Positions 9,998 to 19,584 of a stretch of 64,000 bases of DNA are shown in pieces. The DNA comes from an uncultured Phycisphaerales bacterium (GTDB lineage Bacteria > Planctomycetota > Phycisphaerae > Tepidisphaerales > Tepidisphaeraceae): NCBI GenBank assembly GCA_963844715.1, contig CAWJPJ010000007.1, positions 896,001-960,000 on the forward strand, given 5' to 3'. Position numbers and translations under genes: made by a program. The notes under the pieces were generated by a model. It searched no databases, was not told where the DNA came from, and saw nothing but the letters and a program-made list of their open reading frames with translations. Positions within the stretch are counted from its first letter, which is position 1; every line of letters begins with the position of its first letter.

Positions 9998-11149
9998 ATG
10001 CCAAAATCAAATTATCTGCATCGACTGAGCCTGTGGATGGTCGTCGTAATAGTTCTTTGTTGTGCAATCGCACTGGCAAGCCTGAAATCGTTCAACAATC
10101 GAGCCAGATCCACCGCAAATCCCGTCACCATGTCGCCCGATATCCGAGAAGCGGCGACACAGAACGTTGTGAGAGCGCACGAGGCACTCGCGAGATACGA
10201 CGCGGCACCCACAGATACAAGCCAAACGCCTTGGGCGTTATTCCACGGGCTACTAGGGCATCACGGTGATTTCCCGCTGCGAGATTCTATTTCCGGGGAG
10301 AGCGTAAATTGTGAGGACTGGCTGTTGCAGCAGGCAGCTGCGAAACCGATTTATTGGCAAACGCCGTTAGTCACGCAACGGGACTGGGGCGTTTGCTTTA
10401 CACACGGCAACCTCACCATCACAGAGCGTTTTGAGGATCACTTTTGCCAGTTCTTGTTTATTCTTATGAATCTCGGCCTCGATCCTGATAGGACGACGGT
10501 AAGAGTGCCACCGGACGGCCACGCATGCACGTTGAGGCAGATGGTCTACAACGAACAAACGTTTTGCAACGGGGCGCTGGACGTGAGTTGGGCGTTACCT
10601 CTCTTTGCCAGGTGGGGAAATCCGACTTGGACGAATAAATTCAACGAGCAATACGACCTTGGGTCTTTGATGACCCAACATCTTGATCTCGAAAAGCATT
10701 GTGACGCTTGTTTTGGAACCCACTGGCGGATGGGTCTGGCACTAACTTTATCATTCGCGGCCGAGCGGCTTCCAGAGGATGTGCGGGAACGGGCGAATAG
10801 TCGTCTTCAGCAGTTGATCGAAGAAGCTCATACCGGCCAAGATCCGGATTCAGGCCGTTTCCGTCTTGAGTCCGCGGCGGCAGCGATCGGTATCCACGAT
10901 CTCAGCCAACTTCCAAGTGATCGATCCGCCATTCTTTCGCATCAGGGCCATACATTGGCGTGGCTTATGGTTGCTTTGTCCGACGATCAATTGGCCACCG
11001 AAATGTGGCCACATAAGGGGGTAGAATTTCTAATAGATCAGTTGCAAGGTCCAACGGATTCCCTCAACTACGGCGCCTATTCGCACTGCGCGGATGCACT
11101 TCGTCTTTACCAAGCACGAATGCAATCGATCCTAAACTCGTCGAGATGA
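9998..11149 (+). CDS. Uncharacterised membrane-anchored/exported helical protein with His/Cys motifs
   Basis: N-terminal TM; motifs PWALFHGLL, EDHFCQFL, ACFGTH, HQGHTLAW, YSHCADAL; 383-aa ORF inside the operon. Confidence 0.6.
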   Translation: MPKSNYLHRLSLWMVVVIVLCCAIALASLKSFNNRARSTANPVTMSPDIREAATQNVVRAHEALARYDAAPTDTSQTPWALFHGLLGHHGDFPLRDSISGESVNCEDWLLQQAAAKPIYWQTPLVTQRDWGVCFTHGNLTITERFEDHFCQFLFILMNLGLDPDRTTVRVPPDGHACTLRQMVYNEQTFCNGALDVSWALPLFARWGNPTWTNKFNEQYDLGSLMTQHLDLEKHCDACFGTHWRMGLALTLSFAAERLPEDVRERANSRLQQLIEEAHTGQDPDSGRFRLESAAAAIGIHDLSQLPSDRSAILSHQGHTLAWLMVALSDDQLATEMWPHKGVEFLIDQLQGPTDSLNYGAYSHCADALRLYQARMQSILNSSR

Positions 11150-11159
11150 CTGGTCGCGT

Positions 11160-12152
11160 ATGGAATTGCAAATCAATTCACACCAAGCGATTGACGCAGC
11201 GCCACATTGCGCTCAACTCGCCTCTCGCGAACGATTGCATAGAATTACTGAAGTTTTAATTGCTATTGTCTTTTTCACCGCCGCAGCTTTTAAGGCATTT
11301 GCACTTTTTGAGCACTCCCAGCCGACTTTTTTATCGCCGTTATTTCAAACACGAATTTCACGCGGACTTCTCGCACAGATCGAATTGGCGATCGCTACGT
11401 GGCTTGCGATTGGCGGCTGGTCTCATGCCCGACTAATAAGCGCTTTGATCTTCCTGGCGGCACTATCAGCCGTGGCGACATATGACGCGGCCCATTCATA
11501 TCCGAGTTGCGGATGTTTCGGATCACTCAAGATTTCCCCCTTGATCACGCTAACGTTCGACGTATTGGCAATCCTAGCTCTTGTGGCCACCCGGCCGCGA
11601 TCACATCGACTTGCATTCACTCCGCCATCTCGTCGTCGGCGGGCAATTGCGGGTGGTTTTTTCCTGGTTTCATCTATGTTCATCTGGGTGGCATGTGCTT
11701 ATAGCCCACATACCCAATCGCAAGCCGGTTCTTTGCCATCAAATGCATCGGACGATGTAATCGTTCTGACGCCACAACTATGGATTAACCAGTCGTGGCC
11801 TTTATTTGCTGACGTTGATCAATCGACTGCGCTCCGCCGCGGCCGATGGCTCATTCTTATGTACCATTACGATTGTGACTCCTGTATTCGAGCGATTGCC
11901 AACTATCGAGCCATAGGCAGATTTAGCATTTCTAATCGGCCAAACATTGCATTCATCGCGATACCGCCCGACGCACCTGTAGACGAAGACCCTGTCCCCG
12001 CCTCGTCGAACTACCTTCGATTAAAACTCACATCTGAGCACGAATGGTTCGCGACAACCCCACTCGCACTGTACTTGGAGAATGGCTTAGTTCGACATGT
12101 CGCCGAAGGAGACGCCGCCGAGAGACCCGATCCCACCTGGTGGCAACCCTAG
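11160..12152 (+). CDS. MauE/DoxX-family membrane protein fused to a thioredoxin-like CxxC domain
   Basis: TM helices with the MauE signature SCGCFG, then a soluble domain with YHYDCDSC and 'ATTP' (cis-Pro-like). Confidence 0.8.
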   Translation: MELQINSHQAIDAAPHCAQLASRERLHRITEVLIAIVFFTAAAFKAFALFEHSQPTFLSPLFQTRISRGLLAQIELAIATWLAIGGWSHARLISALIFLAALSAVATYDAAHSYPSCGCFGSLKISPLITLTFDVLAILALVATRPRSHRLAFTPPSRRRRAIAGGFFLVSSMFIWVACAYSPHTQSQAGSLPSNASDDVIVLTPQLWINQSWPLFADVDQSTALRRGRWLILMYHYDCDSCIRAIANYRAIGRFSISNRPNIAFIAIPPDAPVDEDPVPASSNYLRLKLTSEHEWFATTPLALYLENGLVRHVAEGDAAERPDPTWWQP

Positions 12153-12207
12153 CGCCGCGAATACTTGGCTAAAAGTCTCTCTCCTGACTGCAATCGAAAA
12201 ATCCGAT

Positions 12208-13236
12208 TCAATTTCGTTTCATACCTGCAGCAATCTGATCCTCCTGAAAAGTCGCCTGATCTATTTCGGATTTATATTGCAACTGCATCGGCAGATTTGG
12301 CCGGTAACGGCGAACAAAGGCATCATAATAACCTTCAGCTTCGTGGCCCCGGCCCAAATTACAAAGGCTGTCGATCAATGGAGGAAGTGCGTTGGCTGAG
12401 TATTTGTAATCTGGCTGATCTATTACACTCTTAAAGTGAACAATTGCTTCCGCATATCTACCTGAGCGGTAAAGGGCTAATCCAAAGCCCCAATCAAAAG
12501 CATTTCGTTCCCCTTGCTTCATTCCCGCAGGCGAAAGTTTTTCCAGAATTCCCACTGCATCTGATGTCTGTCCTTTCAACATGAAACACTCTGATAGCCC
12601 GATTTTTACATGAGTCATGGACCTCGTGACCGTTGCATCGCCTGGAACATAATGTCGAACCATGTCGGAATAAATACAGAACAAGGTGTTCAACGCTTCG
12701 GTGTGTTGGTCATCTCCGCTTTCGATCAAAGGCCAAAGCACATTTTTATAGTCCTGCATGTGCGCCTGCATGGCTTGAAGAATCGGAAGTGTCCTGGTGG
12801 AAGATCCGTTTGCTGCGAGCAATTCGCTTTCGGCGTGGCTTGCCGCCGTCCGGTAGATGACTTCGCTTGCGCGAGGGTCTTTCGAGACGGTATGGAACGC
12901 CTCCGCAATCGCAAATAAATCAGTAGCCCGCAGAGACGTACTCGACAAGGTCGCTCTCAAATTGGCAAGCATGTCCGCGGAAGAGACAGTGCTCGCGGGC
13001 GATTTCTGAAGCCTGACGACCATCCATTCCCGAAGTCGAGGATCGCCGGAACTCATCGAAACCAACGTATCGCTGTTTGTCGCTTGCGAAGTTCGACCGC
13101 CTGTCGGCAATTCGTCCGATAGTTCTGTAGTCCGTGATTGAAGCAAGAACAGCAGTAGAGCCAAAAAAATAGCCAAGGAGGATAGGATTACGGCTGTTAA
13201 GAGCACACGCCGACGAGCAGCATCAATTCCCATCAA
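12208..13236 (-). CDS. Membrane-anchored TPR-like protein
   Basis: N-terminal TM; TPR-like GLALYRSGRYAEAIVHFKSV and LCNLGRGHEAEGYY. Confidence 0.65.
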   Translation of the reverse strand: MMGIDAARRRVLLTAVILSSLAIFLALLLFLLQSRTTELSDELPTGGRTSQATNSDTLVSMSSGDPRLREWMVVRLQKSPASTVSSADMLANLRATLSSTSLRATDLFAIAEAFHTVSKDPRASEVIYRTAASHAESELLAANGSSTRTLPILQAMQAHMQDYKNVLWPLIESGDDQHTEALNTLFCIYSDMVRHYVPGDATVTRSMTHVKIGLSECFMLKGQTSDAVGILEKLSPAGMKQGERNAFDWGFGLALYRSGRYAEAIVHFKSVIDQPDYKYSANALPPLIDSLCNLGRGHEAEGYYDAFVRRYRPNLPMQLQYKSEIDQATFQEDQIAAGMKRN

Positions 13237-13626
13237 ACACCCCGCAATGACTTATAAATGTCCCTACAGAATATCATTTTACGGCGAAATTTACAGAATA
13301 ATCGTCTTTCGAAGTTCCCAACCGACTTGACTGCAATCGGCGTCGTTCTATGCCCTATGGGGTGCAGTCGGGCTGGGGGCCGGCATCGTATGTGTTGCAA
13401 GCGAGTGACAGACATCCGTCTTTTCGCTAGCAACATGTTGGTTTCTGGCGGTATACTATGGGGATAGCTTTTGGAACATTGATTATCGGGAGGGAATGAT
13501 CGCGCATCTAGGGCAATCGTCGGCACGGGACCGCCGTTTGTTCGACAGACCGCGAAACTAGATCCGAACTTCCGCGGTCTCGAAATTCTGAAATAGACGC
13601 AAGTGTGCTGGGAGGAATCCAAAGCC

Positions 13627-15329
13627 ATGGCTTGGCTTTTGCGATGGAAATTTTGGCATTGGACACTCGCGTCAATGGCGCTCGGATGGGTTTTGTCCTA
13701 CTGGTATGGTGGGCGCGTTTTTATTCCTGACGATCCAACGGCGCGAGTCAGTGAAAGCTATTTCTGGCATCAGGTAGACATCTCATCGAACCTTCAGGCC
13801 GCCACAGTCGATCGGATTATCCTTTATCCAATTCACCGCAAGGTCCAACTAATCACATTTGAATTGGTGACACACGACCTCACGCAGAGGTCTGGCGTTG
13901 CATTTCATTTTTTTTACGCAACACATGGCGATATCGAGCCCCGATTGACCGCAGCGCAAATCACTTTTGCTCGCGCTTGGTGGACCTCGCCGGTTTTTGG
14001 CGACCTCTTTTGGGGTGGGGGCACAGTGCTGGTTTTCGGTCTCGCTTGGCCGTTACTCTTATTTGATCTTCGGCGCCGTGGTTTCGGGCCGCCGATAATC
14101 GAGTCGCCAGTAGAGCTGCCCAAATCTCCCCTCAAGCAACAACAGGCCGACCAAATCCCCGCGAAGGCAACTACTGCCACGTACTCAAAACTTACCGTAT
14201 TGGACGCGATGATGGAAAGGAGCCTCTTATTACCCGAGCGACAACACTCACCCTCTCCACAACCACCGGCGGGCAACGTGAGATCGCTTAATACCACTCC
14301 GCTCGATCCACAAATCAGCGAAAAACCCCAGGAAGGGAAGGAATATGAAGGCATCTACTACCCCGTCGAGCATCCTAAATCAAAAAAGCCCGAGGGTTTT
14401 ACTCTAGTCGAACTCCTAGTGGTAATTGGGATTATGGCGATTCTGCTTGGATTGCTACTTCCGGCAATTACAGGTGCAAGATTAGCGGCGATGCAGCTAA
14501 TTTGCACCTCCAACTTACGCGCCATCGGTCAAGGCTTTTCAGTTTATCTAGCGCAGAATGGAGGCACCTATCCGCCCGCCTACACTTACGTGGGCGAGAC
14601 AATTCAAAACGGTATTGAACAGCCCACAGAGCCGAATCAAGGACATCTTCACTGGAGTTGGTACTTGTTCAAAACGGGCGGCGTTCCGGCAGAGTCGTTT
14701 CAATGCCCATCGCTCGATCAAGGGGGCCTCCCACCTGAACAGACCACGCCCGACAACTTGGAGCCCGGGCAGGCGAATTTGGCACCGCCGGATCAACAAG
14801 CTTTCCGCCTAGCCTATACCGTTAATGAAGCAATTGTTCCGCGAAATAAATTCGTTCTTGGCTTTCAAGGCGCGGTTCGTTATTACCAATACGTCAAAGC
14901 GAATCAGGTCACACATCCGAGCCAGACGATTTTAGCAACTGAGTGGGGCCCTGCCGGTGCGCGCGTTCCCCGCGACCGGAACCTCGGGCTACTTTCGCGT
15001 CCAAAGTCATCGTCCTGTTGCAGGATATGTTACGGGCTCAGGAATACTTGATTTCTATAATCTCCCGCCCGGAGCCGCGGTTTCGGCCGGCTACAGCGTC
15101 AGACCTCGATCCCGACCCCGACAGCACTACGGGCTTCACACATGTGGAGCTTGATTGGGTGGGACGTAACCATGGTCTCCGCGCGGGTTACCCAGATGAT
15201 CGCCGTACGAATTTTCTCTACGTTGATGGACACGTCGAGTTGAAAAGTATCTATGAAACTCTCGCACCATTCCAATGGGGTGAACAGTTTTGGAGCCTTA
15301 ATCCGCGAAATGATCAAGAAACTCCGTAA
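13627..15329 (+). CDS. Membrane domain fused to a prepilin-type (DUF1559/H-X9-DG) protein, frameshifted near 14960-15070
   Basis: Internal G|FTLVELLVVIGIMAILLGLLLPA...C-SNLR-IG at ~14395; C-terminal RNHG...TNFLYVDGHVE in ORF 14943..15329. Confidence 0.8.
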
Positions 15330-15650
15330 CAGCCCGCAGACCATTCCCCGCAACGATTATCCACATCCAACGGCTGTTACGCCATGTCTACGATGCACAA
15401 GTATACTGTCGCCGCCCCAATCGATTCCAGCGACGGGTACCGCGGATGTTGAGGCGATCGTGCGGCCAGTGAATCGGTTTGCTTCGACCGTCAAGCCTTC
15501 TTAACGACCGACGACCCTCAAATGCCACCGCTGTCGCTCAACGTTATGGCGCAAATTCAAAGAACAATCCAAACCTATCGAGTTTTCGAATGTATTGGAT
15601 GAAATGCTTCACTTCGCTACCATGGTGTCCCTAAACAATGGAGGAATTGG

Positions 15651-15878
15651 ATGGCGCTTCGCGTGATTGTGCGGATCGATCTTCCGCCGGCCGCTCGCCA
15701 GCGGTTTACGAAAGTGCCGGATCAATTCGGCATGACTCAAGTGGCGGTGAATAGCCGACTGCTGGAGTGGATGACCAGGCAACCGGAGGAGATTCAAGCG
15801 TCGGTTTTGGGCCTCATGCCCCGCCAAGCAGAGAAAGAAGTTGCGCACGAATTTTTGAAGCAGATGGCACAACAGTAA
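15651..15878 (+). CDS. Small putative ribbon-helix-helix-like DNA-binding protein
   Basis: GGAGG RBS; 75 aa; beta-strand then 'GMTQVAVNSRLLEW' helix pair. Confidence 0.5.
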   Translation: MALRVIVRIDLPPAARQRFTKVPDQFGMTQVAVNSRLLEWMTRQPEEIQASVLGLMPRQAEKEVAHEFLKQMAQQ

Positions 15879-16244
15879 CAAACCGGTTGTTGTTATATTA
15901 ATCAAATCATCAATTACTCACAGCGGTGCGGGTCACTTGCGCTCTGATTCCACGCGCTGGCGGCCCATAAAGCTGTGAGAGTCATTGATCACATTGGCTA
16001 AGATAAGCAATTCGTCCGAATCGGATGCTACTGCCGATCGTTCATTCGATGCGTCTAAGCATCCCTTGGGATACATTCTTCACTTGGCAAGCCAAAGACC
16101 CGCTTGGGGAACTCCAGCACAACCACTCGCATCGCGAGGAGAAAAGCCATGACCAACTGAATCATCGCGCCCTCCTGCACGAAAACAAAAAACTATAGCA
16201 CCGCCGGACGCGGCAGCGCTAATCAAGGTTTCATTGGTGCTTAT

Positions 16245-17199
16245 TCAACTGTCAATGGCTTCGATGCGGTATTCGCTTCCATCGAATCCTGTGACTTTGC
16301 TGATGGACTCGATGCGCCGGCCCTCGTGCGTGCGGCGGATGAATACGATTATTCCGATCGTGCGAGCGATGGCCCGGCGCGGAACGTGACGCGAGACCTC
16401 TCCGATCAAATCTTCCAGCCGAGACAGTGCATCTTCGGCGCTGTTGGCGTGAAGGGTTGCCAGTCCACCCGGATGTCCCGTGTTCCATGCCTTCAGCAGC
16501 GCGCACGCTTCGCCACCGCGCACTTCGCCCACGATAATCCGATCTGGCGCAGCGCAAAGCGCAGCGCACCAGTTCCTCCATCGTCACCGGCGGATCGGTC
16601 GGCTTGGTGAGCAGTTCCACGCGATCGGGAGAACTGCATTGCAATTCGCGGGTATCCTCGATGAGCACCAGCCGATCCCCGGCGAATGCCGCCTCGGCTA
16701 ATACGGCATTGGCTAAAGTGGTTTTGCCTGACCCGGTGCCCCCGGCGATGAGGAGGTTGTCCCGCCGGTCGGCAGCGTCGCGGATCGTGCGGGCTTGAGT
16801 TGCGGTCATAATTCCCTGCCGCACATAATCATCCAAGGTGAAGATCAGTTCCGCCCGTTTGCGGATGCAAAACACGGGACGCTCCGTCACCGGCGGAAGT
16901 TGCCCCTGGAAGCGCTGGCCGGTATGAGGCAGCGTCCCACTGAGCAGTGGGCGATGCCGGCCCACGGCTTCGCCGACGTGATCGGCCACCAGACGGATGA
17001 CCGATTCGGCGCGAGATGCTTCGATACTGCCAATGCGCGAGCGACCCTCACCGGCTCGGTCAATCCACACCTGCCCATCGGCATTGGCCATCACTTCGAC
17101 CACGCGCGGGTCATCCAACACTTGCAGGATGGCTGATCCCAGGGCGGCGCGGAGCATGTCATCGAATCGATCCGTTGATGGATTATTTGCCGTTGCCAT
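16245..17199 (-). CDS. trbB: P-type conjugative transfer ATPase TrbB/VirB11 (frameshift near 16550)
   Basis: EVMANADG; Walker A GGTGSGKTT; IEDTREL; GEVRGGEA; WNTGHPGG; TLHANSA. Confidence 0.92.
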
Positions 17200-17710
17200 C
17201 GGATTCCTCTTTCATCTCGCCTGTTTGAAGTTCGCCGAACTCCGATAGACGCTCATCCGCGTCGGTCGTATCCTCTGGCGCCGCGACGGCCGGCTCCGGC
17301 ATCAGTTCCAGCGCCGAAGGTCCTGATCCGGCATGCTCCGCCAAAATCTCCAGAAAGCGGGCAAAGCGCAGCTGGCCATCCGCCGCGGCGGCTTCACGAT
17401 GCTCTTCCGGCATGCCGGGCGTGTGGTTGTAAAACGTGCGGACAAACAGCGCCAGCATCTCTCGAATCACGCGCAGCTCCTGGCTCGTGCGCTTGGAGTG
17501 GTTGTGAACGTGCCAGTGCAGGCGGTCCAGGTTCTGTGCCACCACTTGCTGGCGCTGGTCCTGCTGCTCGGGGCTGAAGAACTGACTGAGCGCCAGACTC
17601 ATCACCTGCGAGCGGGATCGGTTCGGATGCGCCTGGCAGTAGCGGGTTAAGGACTCAAAAACCTCCGGGTCAATCGTGCCGGATACCAGAACCTTGTTCT
17701 TTGTTTTCAT
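17183..17710 (-). CDS. CopG/RHH-family protein of Tn4371-like ICEs
   Basis: Lies between traG and trbB; SRSQVMSLAL, EMLALFVR and GQLRFARFLE resemble this family. Confidence 0.7.
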   Translation of the reverse strand: MKTKNKVLVSGTIDPEVFESLTRYCQAHPNRSRSQVMSLALSQFFSPEQQDQRQQVVAQNLDRLHWHVHNHSKRTSQELRVIREMLALFVRTFYNHTPGMPEEHREAAAADGQLRFARFLEILAEHAGSGPSALELMPEPAVAAPEDTTDADERLSEFGELQTGEMKEESDGNGK

Positions 17711-19584
17711 CAGTAAAACCCTCCGACTCTCCTGCCCTGATCCTCTGGTGGATTGTCAATGGAAGCTGGCCGAGGTGCCATCGCCGGCGCCTCATCCTCC
17801 CCTCCGCCAATCCGCAGGTCCGGCGGCAGAGGCAAGGGCGGACCTTTGGGCCGCTCCTCGCGCCAGTCGTTATTGCCGGCGGCGGCGCTCTTAAGTTGCG
17901 GTGAGGTGTTTGAGGAATCCGGCGACGCGATGACGCGCTGGGCCAGGGCTGTGTGCTCGTAATACCGCAACTTGTCGGTGCGGAAGGGCTTGAACCCGGT
18001 TACGAATATCAACTGCTGGTCATTGGGCAGCGTGCGGATTTCCCCAGGATGCAGTAGGGGCCTGACCTGCTCGCTGTGGCTGATGTTGCGCCGGCCCACG
18101 CCGACTACCATCTGCGGGCGGCTGTAGCTGGCGCGGTATTCAACCTTCTCCCCGGTCATCTGACTTGTCCGCTGCTGTGTCACCGTGTCGGCCGAGGCAA
18201 AGCAACACAGGAGATGGCAATTGTCGATAATCGTGTTGTGCGGGCCGTAGTGCTCGACAATATCGTTGAAGCTTTGGACAACCAATTGGCTCTTAATTCC
18301 ATACCCGGCCATCTGTCGCAGATTCATGGAGAAGAACTCCAGCCGCCCCAGTGTCGGGAACTCATCGAGCAGCATCAGCAGTCGGTGCTTCTTCTTTCGT
18401 CCACGCGAGTCGGTGTCTCGATGCTCCATCAGCGCTCGCGCTGCCTGGTTAAGCATTAGGCGGACCAGCGGCCGCATACGGTCGGCATCCGAAGGGGGAG
18501 GCTGCAAATAGAGCGTGAACGGTCTGTCCAGGCACATGAGATCGCCAATGGCGAAGTCACTGCGGCTGGTTACCTGACAGATTACCTCATCCGCCCACAG
18601 GGTCATGTGCCCTTCGGCGGTTCCGCGGACACTGGAGCGGAAGCGCTCGGCCTGACTGAGCAGCGATTTGGCTACGCGGCCGATCTCCGGATAGACCTGG
18701 GGCTGGCCCGTATGAGGGTCCAGACGATGCGGCGTGGTCATCATCGCCACACACGTATTGTCAAAATCGAGCAATAGCTGCCGCACGCGGCCCAGGTTTT
18801 TTTGCTCTGGGGGCTCGCTGTAGAGCACGTGTAATACAAGAGCGACAAGGAATTGGCTGGCGTTCTGGTCCCACACGTCCAGCGTGCGCTTGGAGCCGTC
18901 GGGGTTCACCAGCATTTCCACTAGGTTCTGCACATCGCGAATCTCGTGAGGGCCTTTGCGGACCTCCAACAATGGATTAAAGCGGGCGCTATCCAGCCGT
19001 GTTGGGTTGAAGAGCACGCAGTGCTGATAGCGGGAGCGATAGCCCGCAGTGGCCTGCCATAGTTCTCCCTTCACGTCATAGGCGATTGCACTGTCCGGCC
19101 AGCACAGAAGCGTGGGGACGACATGACCGACGCCTTTGCCGCTGCGGGACGCACCGCTGACGATCTGGTGCTCCGGCCCATCGTAGGTCAGCAGCTTGCC
19201 TCGATGGATTCCAACGACCGTACCGCGGCACTTGAGCAGACCGGCGCGTTTCATGTTGCGCCTGGTTCCCCACCCTTCGATCCCGAATGTTTTGACCTGA
19301 AAGCGCCCGCCGCCCCCGATTATCGCGGCCAACGCCGATACAACGCTCGCGTAAAGCAGGAAAGCGGCGATTGCTATATCCGTCGCCGGCGAGCGCATCG
19401 GTGAACTGGCCATCGTCCAACTGAGCAGCGCCCATGGCACGTACAACGTCCAGCCGTTGCCACGATACAAGCCGCCGCTGAGCATCGCCGCATCGTTCAT
19501 CTGTCTTGCCGCGCATTGGGTGGCGACCCACAGGCCGGTTACCAGCAAGCTCAACAGAAGTGAGAATTTGAACAGACGCATCAT
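17710..19584 (-). CDS. traG: Type IV coupling protein TraG/VirD4
   Basis: SRSGKGVGHVVPTLL; DVKGE; FNPLLEVR; LLMLLDEFPTLG; YGIK...QS. Confidence 0.95.
   Translation of the reverse strand: MMRLFKFSLLLSLLVTGLWVATQCAARQMNDAAMLSGGLYRGNGWTLYVPWALLSWTMASSPMRSPATDIAIAAFLLYASVVSALAAIIGGGGRFQVKTFGIEGWGTRRNMKRAGLLKCRGTVVGIHRGKLLTYDGPEHQIVSGASRSGKGVGHVVPTLLCWPDSAIAYDVKGELWQATAGYRSRYQHCVLFNPTRLDSARFNPLLEVRKGPHEIRDVQNLVEMLVNPDGSKRTLDVWDQNASQFLVALVLHVLYSEPPEQKNLGRVRQLLLDFDNTCVAMMTTPHRLDPHTGQPQVYPEIGRVAKSLLSQAERFRSSVRGTAEGHMTLWADEVICQVTSRSDFAIGDLMCLDRPFTLYLQPPPSDADRMRPLVRLMLNQAARALMEHRDTDSRGRKKKHRLLMLLDEFPTLGRLEFFSMNLRQMAGYGIKSQLVVQSFNDIVEHYGPHNTIIDNCHLLCCFASADTVTQQRTSQMTGEKVEYRASYSRPQMVVGVGRRNISHSEQVRPLLHPGEIRTLPNDQQLIFVTGFKPFRTDKLRYYEHTALAQRVIASPDSSNTSPQLKSAAAGNNDWREERPKGPPLPLPPDLRIGGGEDEAPAMAPRPASIDNPPEDQGRRVGGFY

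Noticed and set aside
16080..16170. Short minus-strand ORF after trbB (MIQLVMAFLLAMRVVVLEFPKRVFWLAK) as a trbC remnant
   Set aside because: It has an RBS but only 28 aa and no recognisable TrbC/VirB2 similarity.
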